From positions 1,568,001-1,632,000 of the forward strand of contig CAVYGB010000002.1 in assembly GCA_963767925.1 (NCBI GenBank): a stretch of DNA of 64,000 nt. The letters run 5' to 3'. Source of the stretch: an uncultured delta proteobacterium (GTDB lineage: Bacteria; Myxococcota_A; Polyangia; Fen-1088). Below are positions 52,728-62,830 of the stretch, piece by piece. Each line of letters opens with the position of its first letter. The first letter of the stretch is position 1. The notes under the pieces are model-generated. The model searched no databases and was not told where the DNA came from. It worked only from the letters and a program-made list of their open reading frames with translations. Position numbers and translations under genes: made by a program.

Positions 52728-52867
52728 GCGGAACAAAAGCCACGACGAACCAAAGTTTGACGGAAGCACGTGACAACCCCTGAGGGCACACACTCTACTA
52801 CTTCACCCCTCCGGGACAACCCCCGGCCCCCGGGCCCGGCTCCCCCGGAGTGGGCCAGATCGCGGCG

Positions 52868-53086
52868 CGGCCGCGGGCCGTCAGTTGAAGGCGAAGCCGA
52901 CAGTGAGGCCGACGCCGAAGCCGCTGGCCGGGTCGACCCGGCCGCGGGCCGTCAGTTGAAGGCGAAGCCGACAGTGAGGCCGACGCCGAAGCCGCTGGCC
53001 GGGTCGACCCGGCCGCGGGCCGTCAGTTGAAGGCGAAGCCGACGGTGAGGCCGACGCCGAAGCCGCTGGCCGGGTCCACCCGGCCG
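52868..53086. repeat. 71-bp unit x3: tandem triplication of a gene 3' end
   Basis: TCAGTTGAAGGCG at 52881, 52952 and 53023; each unit encodes GRVDPASGFGVGLTVGFAFN* on the minus strand. Confidence 0.95.
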
Positions 53087-53992
53087 TAGAGGATGTCGAG
53101 GCCGGTGGCCAGGCCGAAGCTCTCGGCGAACCACCAGGCGTAGCTCGCGCCCAGGGCGAGGCCGAAGCCACCTTCTCCCTCCCCTTCGAAGCCGACGCCG
53201 TCGCCGTTGAACTGGGCGAACGCGATGGCGCCCTGAAGCCGCAACGTCGGGGCGACGTGGTAGGCGACGCCGGCCGCGAGCTGGCTGAGGTTGATGGAGG
53301 CCCCTTCGAGCGATCCAGAGATGGCGCCTTTGCCGTCCGGACTGGAGACGGTGAGCCCCGTGAAGCTGGCCAGGATCATCAGGTCCGACTCGAGGACGTA
53401 ACCAGCCGACAGGTTCAGCGCGGTGCCGATGCCAGACAGCCCCGAGTCACCGATCGACACCGACAGGTAGCTCGGCCCCACCCCGGCGGAGAGATAGAGG
53501 CCCGAGTCCGGGTGGGCCGCGGCCGGCGCCTGGGCCTGGAGCTGACCGTAGTCCTGCGGATACCCCGGCGGTGGATAGCCGGGCTGGGCAGCGGGATAAC
53601 CGGGCGGAGGCGCGGGCTGCTGCGGGTTCGGGCCCTGCGGATAGGGCTGCTGCGGGTACGGCTGCGGCGGATACGGTTGCTGGGGATAGGGCTGCTGCGG
53701 AGCCGGCTGCTGCGGGGGATAGGGTTGCTGCGGGTACGGCTGCTGCGGCGGTAGCCGGCTGCTGCGGAGCCGGCTGCTGCGGGTACGGCTGCTGCGGGTA
53801 CGGCTGCTGCGGGTACGGCTGCTGCGGGTACGGTTGCTGCGGTTGCGGGGGATACGGCTGCTGGGGCGCCGGCGGATAGGGCTGCTGCTGTGAGGCCGGC
53901 TGGGCCCCCGCCGAGCCCGACAGCAGGGTCAGAGCGAAGGCGAGGCTCACGGCCGTGATCCGCAGCGTCCAGCGTCTCGGGGTGCAATTCAT
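53023..53992 (-). CDS. exported protein with PQQPY repeats and outer-membrane beta-barrel-like C-terminus; frameshift near 53752
   Basis: Signal peptide, (PQQPY)n, alternating beta strands ending GLTVGFAFN; one frame change joins ORFs 53447..54142 and 53023..53481. Confidence 0.7.
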
Positions 53993-54242
53993 CGATCTCG
54001 CTCCAGCAGGGGGACATGCGCTCCGGAGGACGGCGTCCCCGAAGCCGCGACCAGCAAACCCGCGACCGGAACCCGAAACCAGAAATCCGCACCAAGGCGC
54101 CCCCCACCGATCGCGCCACGAAGGCAGGGCGCACCCTAGCATCCGAAAATGTCCCGGCGCGACCGGAAAGATTCTTCAACCTGGAGTCCGGTAGGCTCGC
54201 CTCGAGCAGCCCGCTGGCAGGGCCGGGGGAGGCGCCAGAAAT

Positions 54243-54278
54243 GAAAGAGCCACCGTCCGGAGGGACGGTGGCTCTTTC
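54243..54278 (-). terminator. intrinsic terminator
   Basis: Perfect 16-bp stem GAAAGAGCCACCGTCC/GGACGGTGGCTCTTTC, 4-nt loop; minus strand continues TTTCATTTCT; about 30 bp after the DUF1552 stop. Confidence 0.8.
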
Positions 54279-54306
54279 GGGACTCGGTCTGCTTCGCTGG
54301 CGCCGA

Positions 54307-55737
54307 TCAGGCGTTGACGAGGCCGACCGTGCCGGTGAAGTGCGCCGGCATTTCCTTCACGCCCATGATCCGGCAGATGTCGGCCATGGTGTTGGCGGTG
54401 GACTTGCCGCCGCCGCCCCGGACCGGGGTACCGCCGTCGATGTGCACGCCACTGCGCATGGCCCCGCCGGCCTTGCCGGCGAAGATCCAGGGGATCTGGT
54501 AGGCGCTGTGCGCGCCGCCGTCACCCATGTGGTTGCCCCAGATGACCATGCTGTTGTCGAGGAACGAGCCGCCCGGCTCCTCGACCGCCTTGGCCTTGGT
54601 CAGGAACTCGGCGAAGCGGTCCATGAACCACTTGTCGATCAGCTCCTTGACCTTGACCCCCGCCTGGGTCGGGTTGTGGGCGGCGTCGTGGAAGTTCACG
54701 AACTGACTCTTGTAGCCGGTGCTGTTCCGCTCCGGCACCCCCGGCACGAAGGTGCCGAAGTTGAAGTAGTTGCCGGCCGAGTTGCTGAGCTGCAACGTCG
54801 CCACGCGGGTCACGCCCGAGCTGAGGGCGGCCAGCGCGATGTCGAGCTGGGCCTTCATGAGGTCCGGGAACAGCCGGGGCGTCGAGGCGATGGCCGCGTT
54901 GTCGAAGGGCATCGGCATCGGGGCGGTGAAGCCGCCGCCGTTGGCCCCGGGCCGCGGCCGGCCCAGACCGGAGATCTCGGTCTCCAGCGTGCGGATGGCG
55001 GTGAAGTGGCCCTCGATGGCGCCCCGCTCCTCGCGGCCGACGCGCGTCTTGAACCGCTCCAGGCTCTTGCCCACGTAGTCGAGGATGCTCTTCTGCGTGC
55101 CGAGCAGCTTGGCCGTGGCCGGGTCGGGGCCGGTCGGCTCCGCCATGCCGGGGGCCGGCGCCGGGCGACCGGCGAACAGCTCCCCGTAGACCGTGGCGGG
55201 GTTGCCCTGGGGGTTGATCGGCGCGCCCGCGCCCGTCCAGAAGCAGCGGAAGGCGCCCCGGGTGCCGCTGGCCGGCTTGTTGTCGACCTGGGCCATGAGG
55301 TTGAGCGACAGCCGCTCGCCGGGGTTCAGGGGGACGGCCTTGGCCACCACCTGATCCAGCGTCGCGCCCCGCGGCTCGTGGTACTTCGAGTTGCCCGGCT
55401 TGGTCGAGGGGCCGCCCCAGTAGATGACGCCGTAGCACTCGTGGGCCCAGTTGTACCCTTCCGGGTAGTTCGGCTGGTCCATGTTCGAGACCCAGGTCAG
55501 GTCATTGCGGAACGGCTCGAGGGCCTTGGTGCTGGTCGGGAAGGTGGCGTTGGCCAGCGCGCCCACCGGCGGCTTCCACACGTTGAGGATGTAGCCCTCG
55601 CTGTTGTGGATGAGCAGCATGCGCTTGCTGGCCACCGAGTCCGCCCAGACTTTGCTGGAACGGAGCAGGGGCAGGCAGGCGGCGCCGATGCCGAGCGACT
55701 TCAGCAGATTGCGACGGTCGATATCCCAGTTCTTCAT
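54307..55737 (-). CDS. DUF1552 domain protein (Tat-like leader)
   Basis: DRRNLLKSLG, TLDQ, KSILD, HFTAIRTLE, TRVATLQ, FLDNSMV, GGAHS; ATGA coupling to the upstream gene. Confidence 0.88.
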   Translation of the reverse strand: MKNWDIDRRNLLKSLGIGAACLPLLRSSKVWADSVASKRMLLIHNSEGYILNVWKPPVGALANATFPTSTKALEPFRNDLTWVSNMDQPNYPEGYNWAHECYGVIYWGGPSTKPGNSKYHEPRGATLDQVVAKAVPLNPGERLSLNLMAQVDNKPASGTRGAFRCFWTGAGAPINPQGNPATVYGELFAGRPAPAPGMAEPTGPDPATAKLLGTQKSILDYVGKSLERFKTRVGREERGAIEGHFTAIRTLETEISGLGRPRPGANGGGFTAPMPMPFDNAAIASTPRLFPDLMKAQLDIALAALSSGVTRVATLQLSNSAGNYFNFGTFVPGVPERNSTGYKSQFVNFHDAAHNPTQAGVKVKELIDKWFMDRFAEFLTKAKAVEEPGGSFLDNSMVIWGNHMGDGGAHSAYQIPWIFAGKAGGAMRSGVHIDGGTPVRGGGGKSTANTMADICRIMGVKEMPAHFTGTVGLVNA

Positions 55738-57479
55738 TGCTGTCCCTCTCCGGCCAGGGGCATACGGTGGGTGAAGGCGAGAGTCTTGGTGGTGGCGACG
55801 AGCAGCTCTTTGAGGTCGTAACCCGACGCCGCGAACGCCTCCGACATGGCCTTGACCGACCCCTGCTCGCTGGGGAGCGTGGGGCGGCGCAGGCTGTACT
55901 CGAGGAACTGCTTGGTGAAGCAATCGCGCGCCTCCTGCGAGGTGGCGATGGCCTTGCTGAACTCGACGCCGTTCTTGAAGCTGACGTCGCCGGCCTGGAA
56001 GGGGAAGGTCCCGCTCGAGTTGACCGGCATGTTGGCGTCGGTGTCGCGCCAGGCGCCGACCGCGTCGTAGTTCTCGAAGGCGAAGCCGCTGTTGTTGATG
56101 CGGCCGTGGCAGGCCGAGCAGGAGGCCTCGGTCAGGGTCGACTCCTCGAAGCGCTGCCGGTTCGAGATGTTGGGGGCCACGTCCTTGACCGGCGGCGGGA
56201 CGAAGTCCGGCGGCGGGATGATGGGCGTGCACAGCACCTTGTCGAGGATGAGCAGGCCGCGGCGCACCGGGTGCGGCTCGTCCCCGTCGGCGTGGCCGGC
56301 GAGGAAGCTGCCGTGGGTGAGGATGCCGGCCCGCTGGGTCGGGTTCAGGGTCACCGCCTGCATCCCGGCCCCGGTCACGCTGGTCACGCCGTACAGCTTG
56401 GCCAGCGGTCCGTCGACGAAGCTGGCGCTCGAGGTGAACAGGGCCTCGAGCTTGGACGAGGGGCCCTGCATGATGGAGGCGAAGAAGGTCCCGCTCTCCC
56501 GCAGCATGGCCTCGCCGACGGCGGGCGAGTAGTTGATGTAGGTCTCGTCCTTGCTGAGGGTCGGCAGCGAGCTGACGTTCAGCCACTGGACGATGAACTC
56601 ACCGAGCCCGAGCTTGGCCTTGTCCGAGGCCAGCAGCCGGCGGGCGTGCTCCGCGATCTTCTCGGGGTTGGTGAGCTGGCCGGCCGCCGCGGCCGCGAAC
56701 AGCTCCGGGTCGGGCATGGAGGCCATCACCGTGTACGAGAGCCGCGAGGCCATCGCGTAGTCGTCGAGGCGAACCACGCCGTTGCCGCTGGCGGGCGAGA
56801 GCTCCCAGCGGTAGTGGAACATGGGGCTCTGCAGGATGGCCGAGACCATCGTGCGGGCGGCCTCCGGATAGGTGAGGCCGACCTCGGCCCCCCGCACCCG
56901 GGTGTAGAGGGCGAGCAGGTCGGCCTTCTCGTCGTTGAGGAGGGGACGACGGAAGGCGCGCAGCCCGAACTCCTCGATGAAGCGTTTTGCGCAGGCCTCT
57001 TCGCCGCCGGCGGCCGGGGCGGCACAGCCCTGCGGCATCAGGGTGGCCAGCCGGCCCATCGCCACGGTGGCGATGCCGTCGGAGAGCGTCGAGAACAGCC
57101 GGGCGTCGTTCGAGCTACCGACGGTCGCGCCGTTGAGGAAGCCGTGTTCGAAGGCCTCCACGTCGGACGAGAAGCCGCCGGCCTGTCCGACCGCCGGCGC
57201 GTCCATGCCGATCAGGTCGCGGACGGTGTTGTTGTATTCGTTGAACGTCATCCGTCGCAGCGGCAGCGGGCCGGCCGCGTCGTCCGGAGTCACCGGAGCA
57301 GGCGGGGGGGCGACGGGTGCACCGGTCATCGGGTCGGGTCTGCCCACCGGGCCTGGGTTGCTGGGCCCGGGGCCCTGCATCGGGGCATCGCCGACCGCGC
57401 CCGTGCAGCCGAGACCGGCGAGCGCCGTCCCGGTCATCAGCATGGCCATGGCCAATGGGGATGTTCCTGGTCGAGTCAT
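55734..57479 (-). CDS. DUF1592/DUF1588-type lipoprotein with CxxCH motif
   Basis: Lipobox GLGC; LRRMTFNEYNNTVRDL, LQSPMFHYRWE, ASRLSY, HPVRRG, CSACH, FENYDAVG; GGAGG RBS. Confidence 0.9.
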   Translation of the reverse strand: MTRPGTSPLAMAMLMTGTALAGLGCTGAVGDAPMQGPGPSNPGPVGRPDPMTGAPVAPPPAPVTPDDAAGPLPLRRMTFNEYNNTVRDLIGMDAPAVGQAGGFSSDVEAFEHGFLNGATVGSSNDARLFSTLSDGIATVAMGRLATLMPQGCAAPAAGGEEACAKRFIEEFGLRAFRRPLLNDEKADLLALYTRVRGAEVGLTYPEAARTMVSAILQSPMFHYRWELSPASGNGVVRLDDYAMASRLSYTVMASMPDPELFAAAAAGQLTNPEKIAEHARRLLASDKAKLGLGEFIVQWLNVSSLPTLSKDETYINYSPAVGEAMLRESGTFFASIMQGPSSKLEALFTSSASFVDGPLAKLYGVTSVTGAGMQAVTLNPTQRAGILTHGSFLAGHADGDEPHPVRRGLLILDKVLCTPIIPPPDFVPPPVKDVAPNISNRQRFEESTLTEASCSACHGRINNSGFAFENYDAVGAWRDTDANMPVNSSGTFPFQAGDVSFKNGVEFSKAIATSQEARDCFTKQFLEYSLRRPTLPSEQGSVKAMSEAFAASGYDLKELLVATTKTLAFTHRMPLAGEGQQ

Positions 57480-57637
57480 TCGTGAATCCTCCAAGCGCCC
57501 TCGGCGCAGAGGTCTCCCGGCGGATGTGCCGGGCGACATCAGTAACAAAGTGCCGTGGCCTGACGGTCAGCGTTCTAAAAACGAGCGGAACCAGCACGAA
57601 AAAAGACGCGCGTCATGGTGACGTTTTCGTCTACTCG

Positions 57638-58618
57638 TCACGCGCCCCCGCCGCCTGGCCGCCCTTCCCTGGATACATCCTGCTGACGGCCCAGAACCAG
57701 GGCGTACGTTAGCAGACTCAAGTCGTCTCCGAGGCGCCAGAGCCAGGGCTCGATCACACGGGGCGGGAGCGCCAGCAGGGGGGCCGCCACGGGGTCGCGG
57801 GCGAAAAAGCGGCGGAGCGCGCGGGGCCGGGTGCCAGTGAAAACGTTGTCGGTGGCTTCGAGGTGATCGAGCAGCCGTGACAGCGGCTGGCTAGCAGCCG
57901 TCTCCTCGAGCGGATAGGTCTCCGAGGAGGCCACGTCGGTCACGAGGAGCGCGGTTCCGCCCGGACGAGCGAGCAGGACCAGGGCCCGCAGGTGAGCCGC
58001 GGCGACCGCCTCGGCCAGCTCGTGCAGGTGGGGATGCTCCACCCCGAGGGCGAGCCGGCAGCTCTGGGCGATCTGACTGAGCAGGCAGGCCGAGACGACG
58101 ACATCGAAGGTCCCGGGCAGGGCCCCTTGCAGGTTGGCCAGCGCGGCCGCCGCCACCGCGGCCGGGTCCGGGGGCCGGCGGGCGTTCCGGGCGGCTTCCA
58201 GGAGGGCGAGCCCTCCGGTGAGGTCGACCCCCGCCCGGAGCACGAGCCGGGCGGCCACCTCGGCCGGCTGGCGGTCGCGTGCCCGCTGGAGCGCCTCGTC
58301 ATCGAGATCGACGAGGTGGATGGTCCGGAAGTGTTCGGCCAGCACCATCAGGTCGACGTCGTTGCAGTTGCCGGCCCCAAGAATGGCAAGTGTGCCCGCG
58401 AGCGTGCCGGCCTCGGAGCCGGCGTGGGGGCCCGCAAGGGTGCCGGCGAGGTCGGGGGTGGGGTCCGGAGGGCTGGCCGGATCCGGGCCGGCGGGCCTGG
58501 CCGCGTCGACGAGCAGGGCCATGACGCGCTCCCGGTGGCTGGCGAACCCGTCCCAGCGGTTGGCCGAGCCTCGGTTCACCGTCCGCTGGTAGCGCAGGAG
58601 ATCCGCGGGCGGGCGCAT
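57638..58618 (-). CDS. hypothetical protein, class I SAM methyltransferase-like fold
   Basis: ILGAGNCND, HLVDLD, FDVVVS motifs. Confidence 0.65.
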   Translation of the reverse strand: MRPPADLLRYQRTVNRGSANRWDGFASHRERVMALLVDAARPAGPDPASPPDPTPDLAGTLAGPHAGSEAGTLAGTLAILGAGNCNDVDLMVLAEHFRTIHLVDLDDEALQRARDRQPAEVAARLVLRAGVDLTGGLALLEAARNARRPPDPAAVAAAALANLQGALPGTFDVVVSACLLSQIAQSCRLALGVEHPHLHELAEAVAAAHLRALVLLARPGGTALLVTDVASSETYPLEETAASQPLSRLLDHLEATDNVFTGTRPRALRRFFARDPVAAPLLALPPRVIEPWLWRLGDDLSLLTYALVLGRQQDVSREGRPGGGGA

Positions 58619-58940
58619 CGGACCCGCAGTCTAGCCACGGAGCCGCGCGAGATGGATGGCTCGGGCCCCCGAGCCGTCGCGCGGACCGCTGTCGGATGCC
58701 GCCGTCGGGTTCCGCCGTCGCTGCGCGGGCACTCTCCTCATTTTGTTAGCGTGACGACTTACTTGCTGGATCGACGCCCTCGCGGGGGTAGATTGGATGA
58801 GCCGAGGAGGGGCGGAATGTGGGGGCCAAGACGCGCAAGCACCCGAGAGCCAGTCATAGCGATTCGGTATCATCGGGGTACTTCTCGATGGGTCGGTTCC
58901 GTACCCGCGGCGCAGGCTTTGTCTCACGTCGGGCTTCGGG

Positions 58941-58970
58941 TTGACAGAGCACCGGTGGGTCCAAAACAAT
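58941..58970 (+). promoter_or_regulatory. possible sigma70-type promoter
   Basis: TTGACA-N18-AACAAT upstream of the hybrid kinase. Confidence 0.35.
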
Positions 58971-59012
58971 GAACTGCGCCCCGATCGAACAAGACGCCCG
59001 TAGAAAGTTCGC

Positions 59013-60608
59013 ATGCGTTCCATGCCTTCCCTTCAGCCGGCCATGCCCATGGCGGTCCCATCGTCGCTGATGGCGGGGTGGCCACCCAAGGGGCGCTTCG
59101 AGCTGTCGCGCGGGCGGCGGTCGATCCTGATCGTCGAGGACGACCACGACATCCGCACCTCGCTGGCCGACTTTCTGACCCTCGAGGGGTTCGAGGTGAT
59201 GACGGCCTCCGACGGGGCGGCCGCGCTGGCTCGCCTGCGCCGGGGGGAGCCCCCCGACGTGGTGCTGCTCGATCTGATGATGCCGGTGATGGACGGCTGG
59301 CAGTTCCGGCTCGAGCAGAAGCGCGACCCGCTGCTGGCCCAGGTGCCGGTCATCGCGCTGTCGGCCAACGGGTCGCCCCAGGCCCGGGCGGTCGACGCGG
59401 CAGCGTTCATCGCCAAGCCGCTCGATGTCTCGGTGCTGCTGTCGACCATCGAACGGGTCATCGCCCAGACCATCGCCGAGCGCACGGCCAACGCCGAGCG
59501 GATGGCCGCCCTGGGGACCCTGGCGGCGGGCATCGCCCACGAGATCAACAACCCGCTCTGCTACGTCATCGCCAACCTGCAGCTCACCGCCCGCCAGCTC
59601 CCGGTCGCCCTGCGTGACAGCCAGTCGGAGCTGCCGACCCTGATCGAAGAGGCGATCGAGGGGGCGGGGCGCATCGCCAGCATCGTGCGCGAGATCCAGC
59701 AGGTCAGCCGCCCCTCCCCCGACGAGCCGTCGATCGTCGAGGTGCGGGCGGTGGTGGAGGCGGTGCTGCGCCTGACCTCGCACGAGATCCGCCACCGGGC
59801 CCGGCTGGAGACCGAGTTCGCCCAGTCCCCCGCGGTGCAGATCGACCGGGTGCGCCTCGAGCAGGTGTTGATGAACCTCATCGTCAACGCCATCCACGCC
59901 ATCGAGGAGGGCCGGGCCCACGAGAACATCATCCGGGTCAGCATCGGCACCTCGGCCGACGCCCGGGTGGAGATCCGCATCGCCGACTCGGGCTGCGGCA
60001 TCCCCGACCCGGCCAAGCCGCGGGTGTTCGACCCCTTCTTCACCACCAAGGCCCCCGGCACCGGGACCGGCCTCGGCCTGGCCATCTCGCGGGCCATCGT
60101 CACCGCGGCCGGCGGGGACATCACCTTCGATTCGATGGAGGGCAAGGGCAGCGTGTTCTGCGTGCTGCTGCCGGCGGCCCACCCCGCTCGCATCGAGAAG
60201 GGGCAAAACCCGCCCCCCACCGAGCTGGCCCACCTGCGCATCCTGGCCATCGACGACGAGCCGGCGATCCTGCGCTCGCTCAAGCGGCTGCTCGAGCCGG
60301 CCCACGAGGTCACGGTGGCCGGCACCTCCGCCGAGGTGCTGGGCCTGCTCAACGAGCGGGTGTTCGACGTGGTCCTGTGCGACCTCTCGATGCCCGACAT
60401 CCCCGGGGCGGAGCTGTCGGACCGGATCGTCACCCTGGTCCCCTCGCTCGGCTCGCGCATCGTCTTCATGACCGGCGGGGCCTTCACCCCCCGGGCCCGC
60501 GCCCTGGTCGAGCAGGGCGACCGGCTGCTGCTGGAGAAGCCCTTCAGCTACGACAGCCTGCAGGCCGTGCTCCAGCGCGCGACCGGCGGCGTCCAGATCC
60601 CGGGCTGA
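59013..60608 (+). CDS. hybrid histidine kinase (REC-HisKA-HATPase-REC); start approximate
   Basis: ILIVEDD..LLDLMMP, AHEINNPL, NLIVNA, DSGCGI, GTGLGL, ILAIDDE..LCDLSMP. Confidence 0.93.
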   Translation: MRSMPSLQPAMPMAVPSSLMAGWPPKGRFELSRGRRSILIVEDDHDIRTSLADFLTLEGFEVMTASDGAAALARLRRGEPPDVVLLDLMMPVMDGWQFRLEQKRDPLLAQVPVIALSANGSPQARAVDAAAFIAKPLDVSVLLSTIERVIAQTIAERTANAERMAALGTLAAGIAHEINNPLCYVIANLQLTARQLPVALRDSQSELPTLIEEAIEGAGRIASIVREIQQVSRPSPDEPSIVEVRAVVEAVLRLTSHEIRHRARLETEFAQSPAVQIDRVRLEQVLMNLIVNAIHAIEEGRAHENIIRVSIGTSADARVEIRIADSGCGIPDPAKPRVFDPFFTTKAPGTGTGLGLAISRAIVTAAGGDITFDSMEGKGSVFCVLLPAAHPARIEKGQNPPPTELAHLRILAIDDEPAILRSLKRLLEPAHEVTVAGTSAEVLGLLNERVFDVVLCDLSMPDIPGAELSDRIVTLVPSLGSRIVFMTGGAFTPRARALVEQGDRLLLEKPFSYDSLQAVLQRATGGVQIPG

Positions 60609-60694
60609 GCCACCTGCCGCGCGCGCTGATCACCGAGGTTACGAGCGCCGCCCGCCGCCGCCGCGCCCGCCCGCTCACCTTCGGGCTGTGACGA

Positions 60695-62830
60695 TCACTG
60701 GCCGGGGTCGGGGACGTAGAGCTGGTAACGGCCATCGGGGCCGCTGCTCGTCTCGTCGATGGGGGGCGTGCTGGTGATGTCGGGCGCCTCCGGGTCGATG
60801 CAGGTGGGGGCGCTGCCCACGCAGAACACCTGGATGACGACGCCGGCCGCCGCCACGCCGTTCTCGAGGGCGGCGCCCGACAGGCTCAGGCGGCCGGGAA
60901 GGGCGCGGTCGAGGGTGAGGTCGCTGCTGCGCGCGCGCACCGGCTCGAGGGGGATGCGGGGGACGCGGCGGTCGGCGGGCGGCTCGATGAACAGGCGGTA
61001 GACCCGGTCCGGGTCGGTGGGGAGCTGGTAGCGGCCGTCGCCGCCGACGGTGGTGGTGACGGTGCGGCCGGCGCCGTCCTCGCCGGTGTCGACCGCCTTG
61101 ACGATCAGGCCGGCGGCGACCGCCGCGGGGGTCAGCCGTCCGAGCAGGCGGGTCCGCCGTCCCAGCGTCACCGTGCGCCCGGTGGCGGCGGCCGCGAGCG
61201 ACGTCAGGTCGAGGTTGTTGGCGGTGGTGATGGCGGCGTCGGCGGGCGCGCCCTCGGGCGGGGCCAGCGTGACCCGGTAGCGGGTGCGCGGCAGGGCGGC
61301 GAAGCTGGCCAGGCCGGCCCCGTCGCTGATGGCGAGCCGGCGCACCAGGCCGGCAGCCGGGACCGCGACGCCGCCGAGGGTGAAGCTGCCGACCCGGGGC
61401 AGCGCGCCCGGCTCGCTCTCGATCAGCACGCGCACGCCGGGCAGGGGGGCGCCGGTGGGGGCCAGCACGGTCAGATCGAGGCGGACGGGGGCGGCGGCCG
61501 CGTAGGTGAAGTCGACCGCGGCGCTGCTGTCCCCCTCGCGCAGGATGACCCCGGCCGACTGGGGGAGCTGGGCCTCGGGCAGCCCGCTGCCTTCGGGGGG
61601 CAACACCCGCACCTCGAACTGGCCGGCCCGGGCCTGCAAGGCGTAGCGGCCGCCGTCGCCGGTCTCGCCCACCGTGGACGGCAGGGCGCCGGCGCGCAGG
61701 CGGACGCGCGCTCCCCGCAGCGGCCCCGCGGCGATGGCGACCGCGCCGCTGACGGCGATGCCCCGGTCGACCCGGAAGCTCTGCAGGCCGAACTCCTCGG
61801 CCAGCAGCCCGGCGTGGGCCAGGGGAGCGCGGGCGGGCTGGCCCGGCTCGCCGTCGGGGACCAGCAACACGTCGTAGCGCTGCCCGAGCTCGAGCAGCGC
61901 CCGGAAGCCCATGCGGCGGCTCGGCACCACGTAGCCGTCGAGCCGGGCGGTGGAGCTGCGCCCGGCGATGCGCACGTAGAAGGCGGGCAGCTCGAAGCCG
62001 CGCTCGTCCTGCGGGTCGATGGTGACCGGGTAGCCCCGCTGCAGGTCGATGGTCTTCGTCACCGGGGTGCCGGCGGAGATCTGCAGGTCGGCCTCGAACA
62101 GGGCGAGCGCGCCGGCCGGCGGGGTGGCCCGCACCCGGAACTTGGCGAACAGGCGGTCGGGCACCACCGCGAAGGCGGTGCGGCGGTCCTGGCAGCCCGC
62201 TTCGCCGGCGATCTCGGCCAGGATGGTGTAGCGGCCGGTCATCTCGGTGGGAAACTCGATCACCGCGGGGTCGGCGTCGACGAGGGTGTAGGGGACGGCC
62301 TGGTTGCTCTCGTGGACGATCGACCAGCGCCAGGTCGGCGCGGTGGTGCGGCCGCCGGCGACCCGGGCGGCGAGGCGAAAGCGGTAGCCGGGTCCGGCCG
62401 GGATGTCGGAGAAGCGCTGCGGGGAGAGGGGGTCGATGCTCACCCCGCAGGAAGGCGGCGGATCCACGGCGGGAGGCATGCCGCTCACCGGCGGGGGTGG
62501 GGACGGTGGCGGCGGGGGGGATGCGGCGTCGGCGGCGCCGCCGTCGGTCGGGGGCCTCGATCCTGGGGCGGCGGGCACCGGCGCGGGTGCGGCCGGCGGG
62601 GCGACCGGGCCGGGCGTGGGGTTGAGGGTGGGGGCCGAGCCGCCGGCCCCGCCGGCGCCACCGGGATTGCCGCTGGTCGGTCCGTTCGCGCCGGAGGCGG
62701 GGCCCTCGCTGCTGGCGCCGGGGACGCCGCGGTTCAGGCTCGTCGAACGTTCGGCGGCGCAGGCCGCGGTGAGCGGCAGCAGGGCCAGCAGCGCCAGGCG
62801 CGCGCGACGAGAGGACGCGCGTGGGCTCAC
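60695..62830 (-). CDS. large lipoprotein with carboxypeptidase-regulatory-like beta-sandwich repeats
   Basis: Lipobox TAAC; repeated T..DG.Y.L motifs; GTGA overlap with the upstream gene. Confidence 0.7.
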   Translation of the reverse strand: MSPRASSRRARLALLALLPLTAACAAERSTSLNRGVPGASSEGPASGANGPTSGNPGGAGGAGGSAPTLNPTPGPVAPPAAPAPVPAAPGSRPPTDGGAADAASPPPPPSPPPPVSGMPPAVDPPPSCGVSIDPLSPQRFSDIPAGPGYRFRLAARVAGGRTTAPTWRWSIVHESNQAVPYTLVDADPAVIEFPTEMTGRYTILAEIAGEAGCQDRRTAFAVVPDRLFAKFRVRATPPAGALALFEADLQISAGTPVTKTIDLQRGYPVTIDPQDERGFELPAFYVRIAGRSSTARLDGYVVPSRRMGFRALLELGQRYDVLLVPDGEPGQPARAPLAHAGLLAEEFGLQSFRVDRGIAVSGAVAIAAGPLRGARVRLRAGALPSTVGETGDGGRYALQARAGQFEVRVLPPEGSGLPEAQLPQSAGVILREGDSSAAVDFTYAAAAPVRLDLTVLAPTGAPLPGVRVLIESEPGALPRVGSFTLGGVAVPAAGLVRRLAISDGAGLASFAALPRTRYRVTLAPPEGAPADAAITTANNLDLTSLAAAATGRTVTLGRRTRLLGRLTPAAVAAGLIVKAVDTGEDGAGRTVTTTVGGDGRYQLPTDPDRVYRLFIEPPADRRVPRIPLEPVRARSSDLTLDRALPGRLSLSGAALENGVAAAGVVIQVFCVGSAPTCIDPEAPDITSTPPIDETSSGPDGRYQLYVPDPGQ

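Noticed and set aside
52868..53086. attL/attR of an integrated element
   Set aside because: Copies are directly adjacent with no cargo and no integrase.
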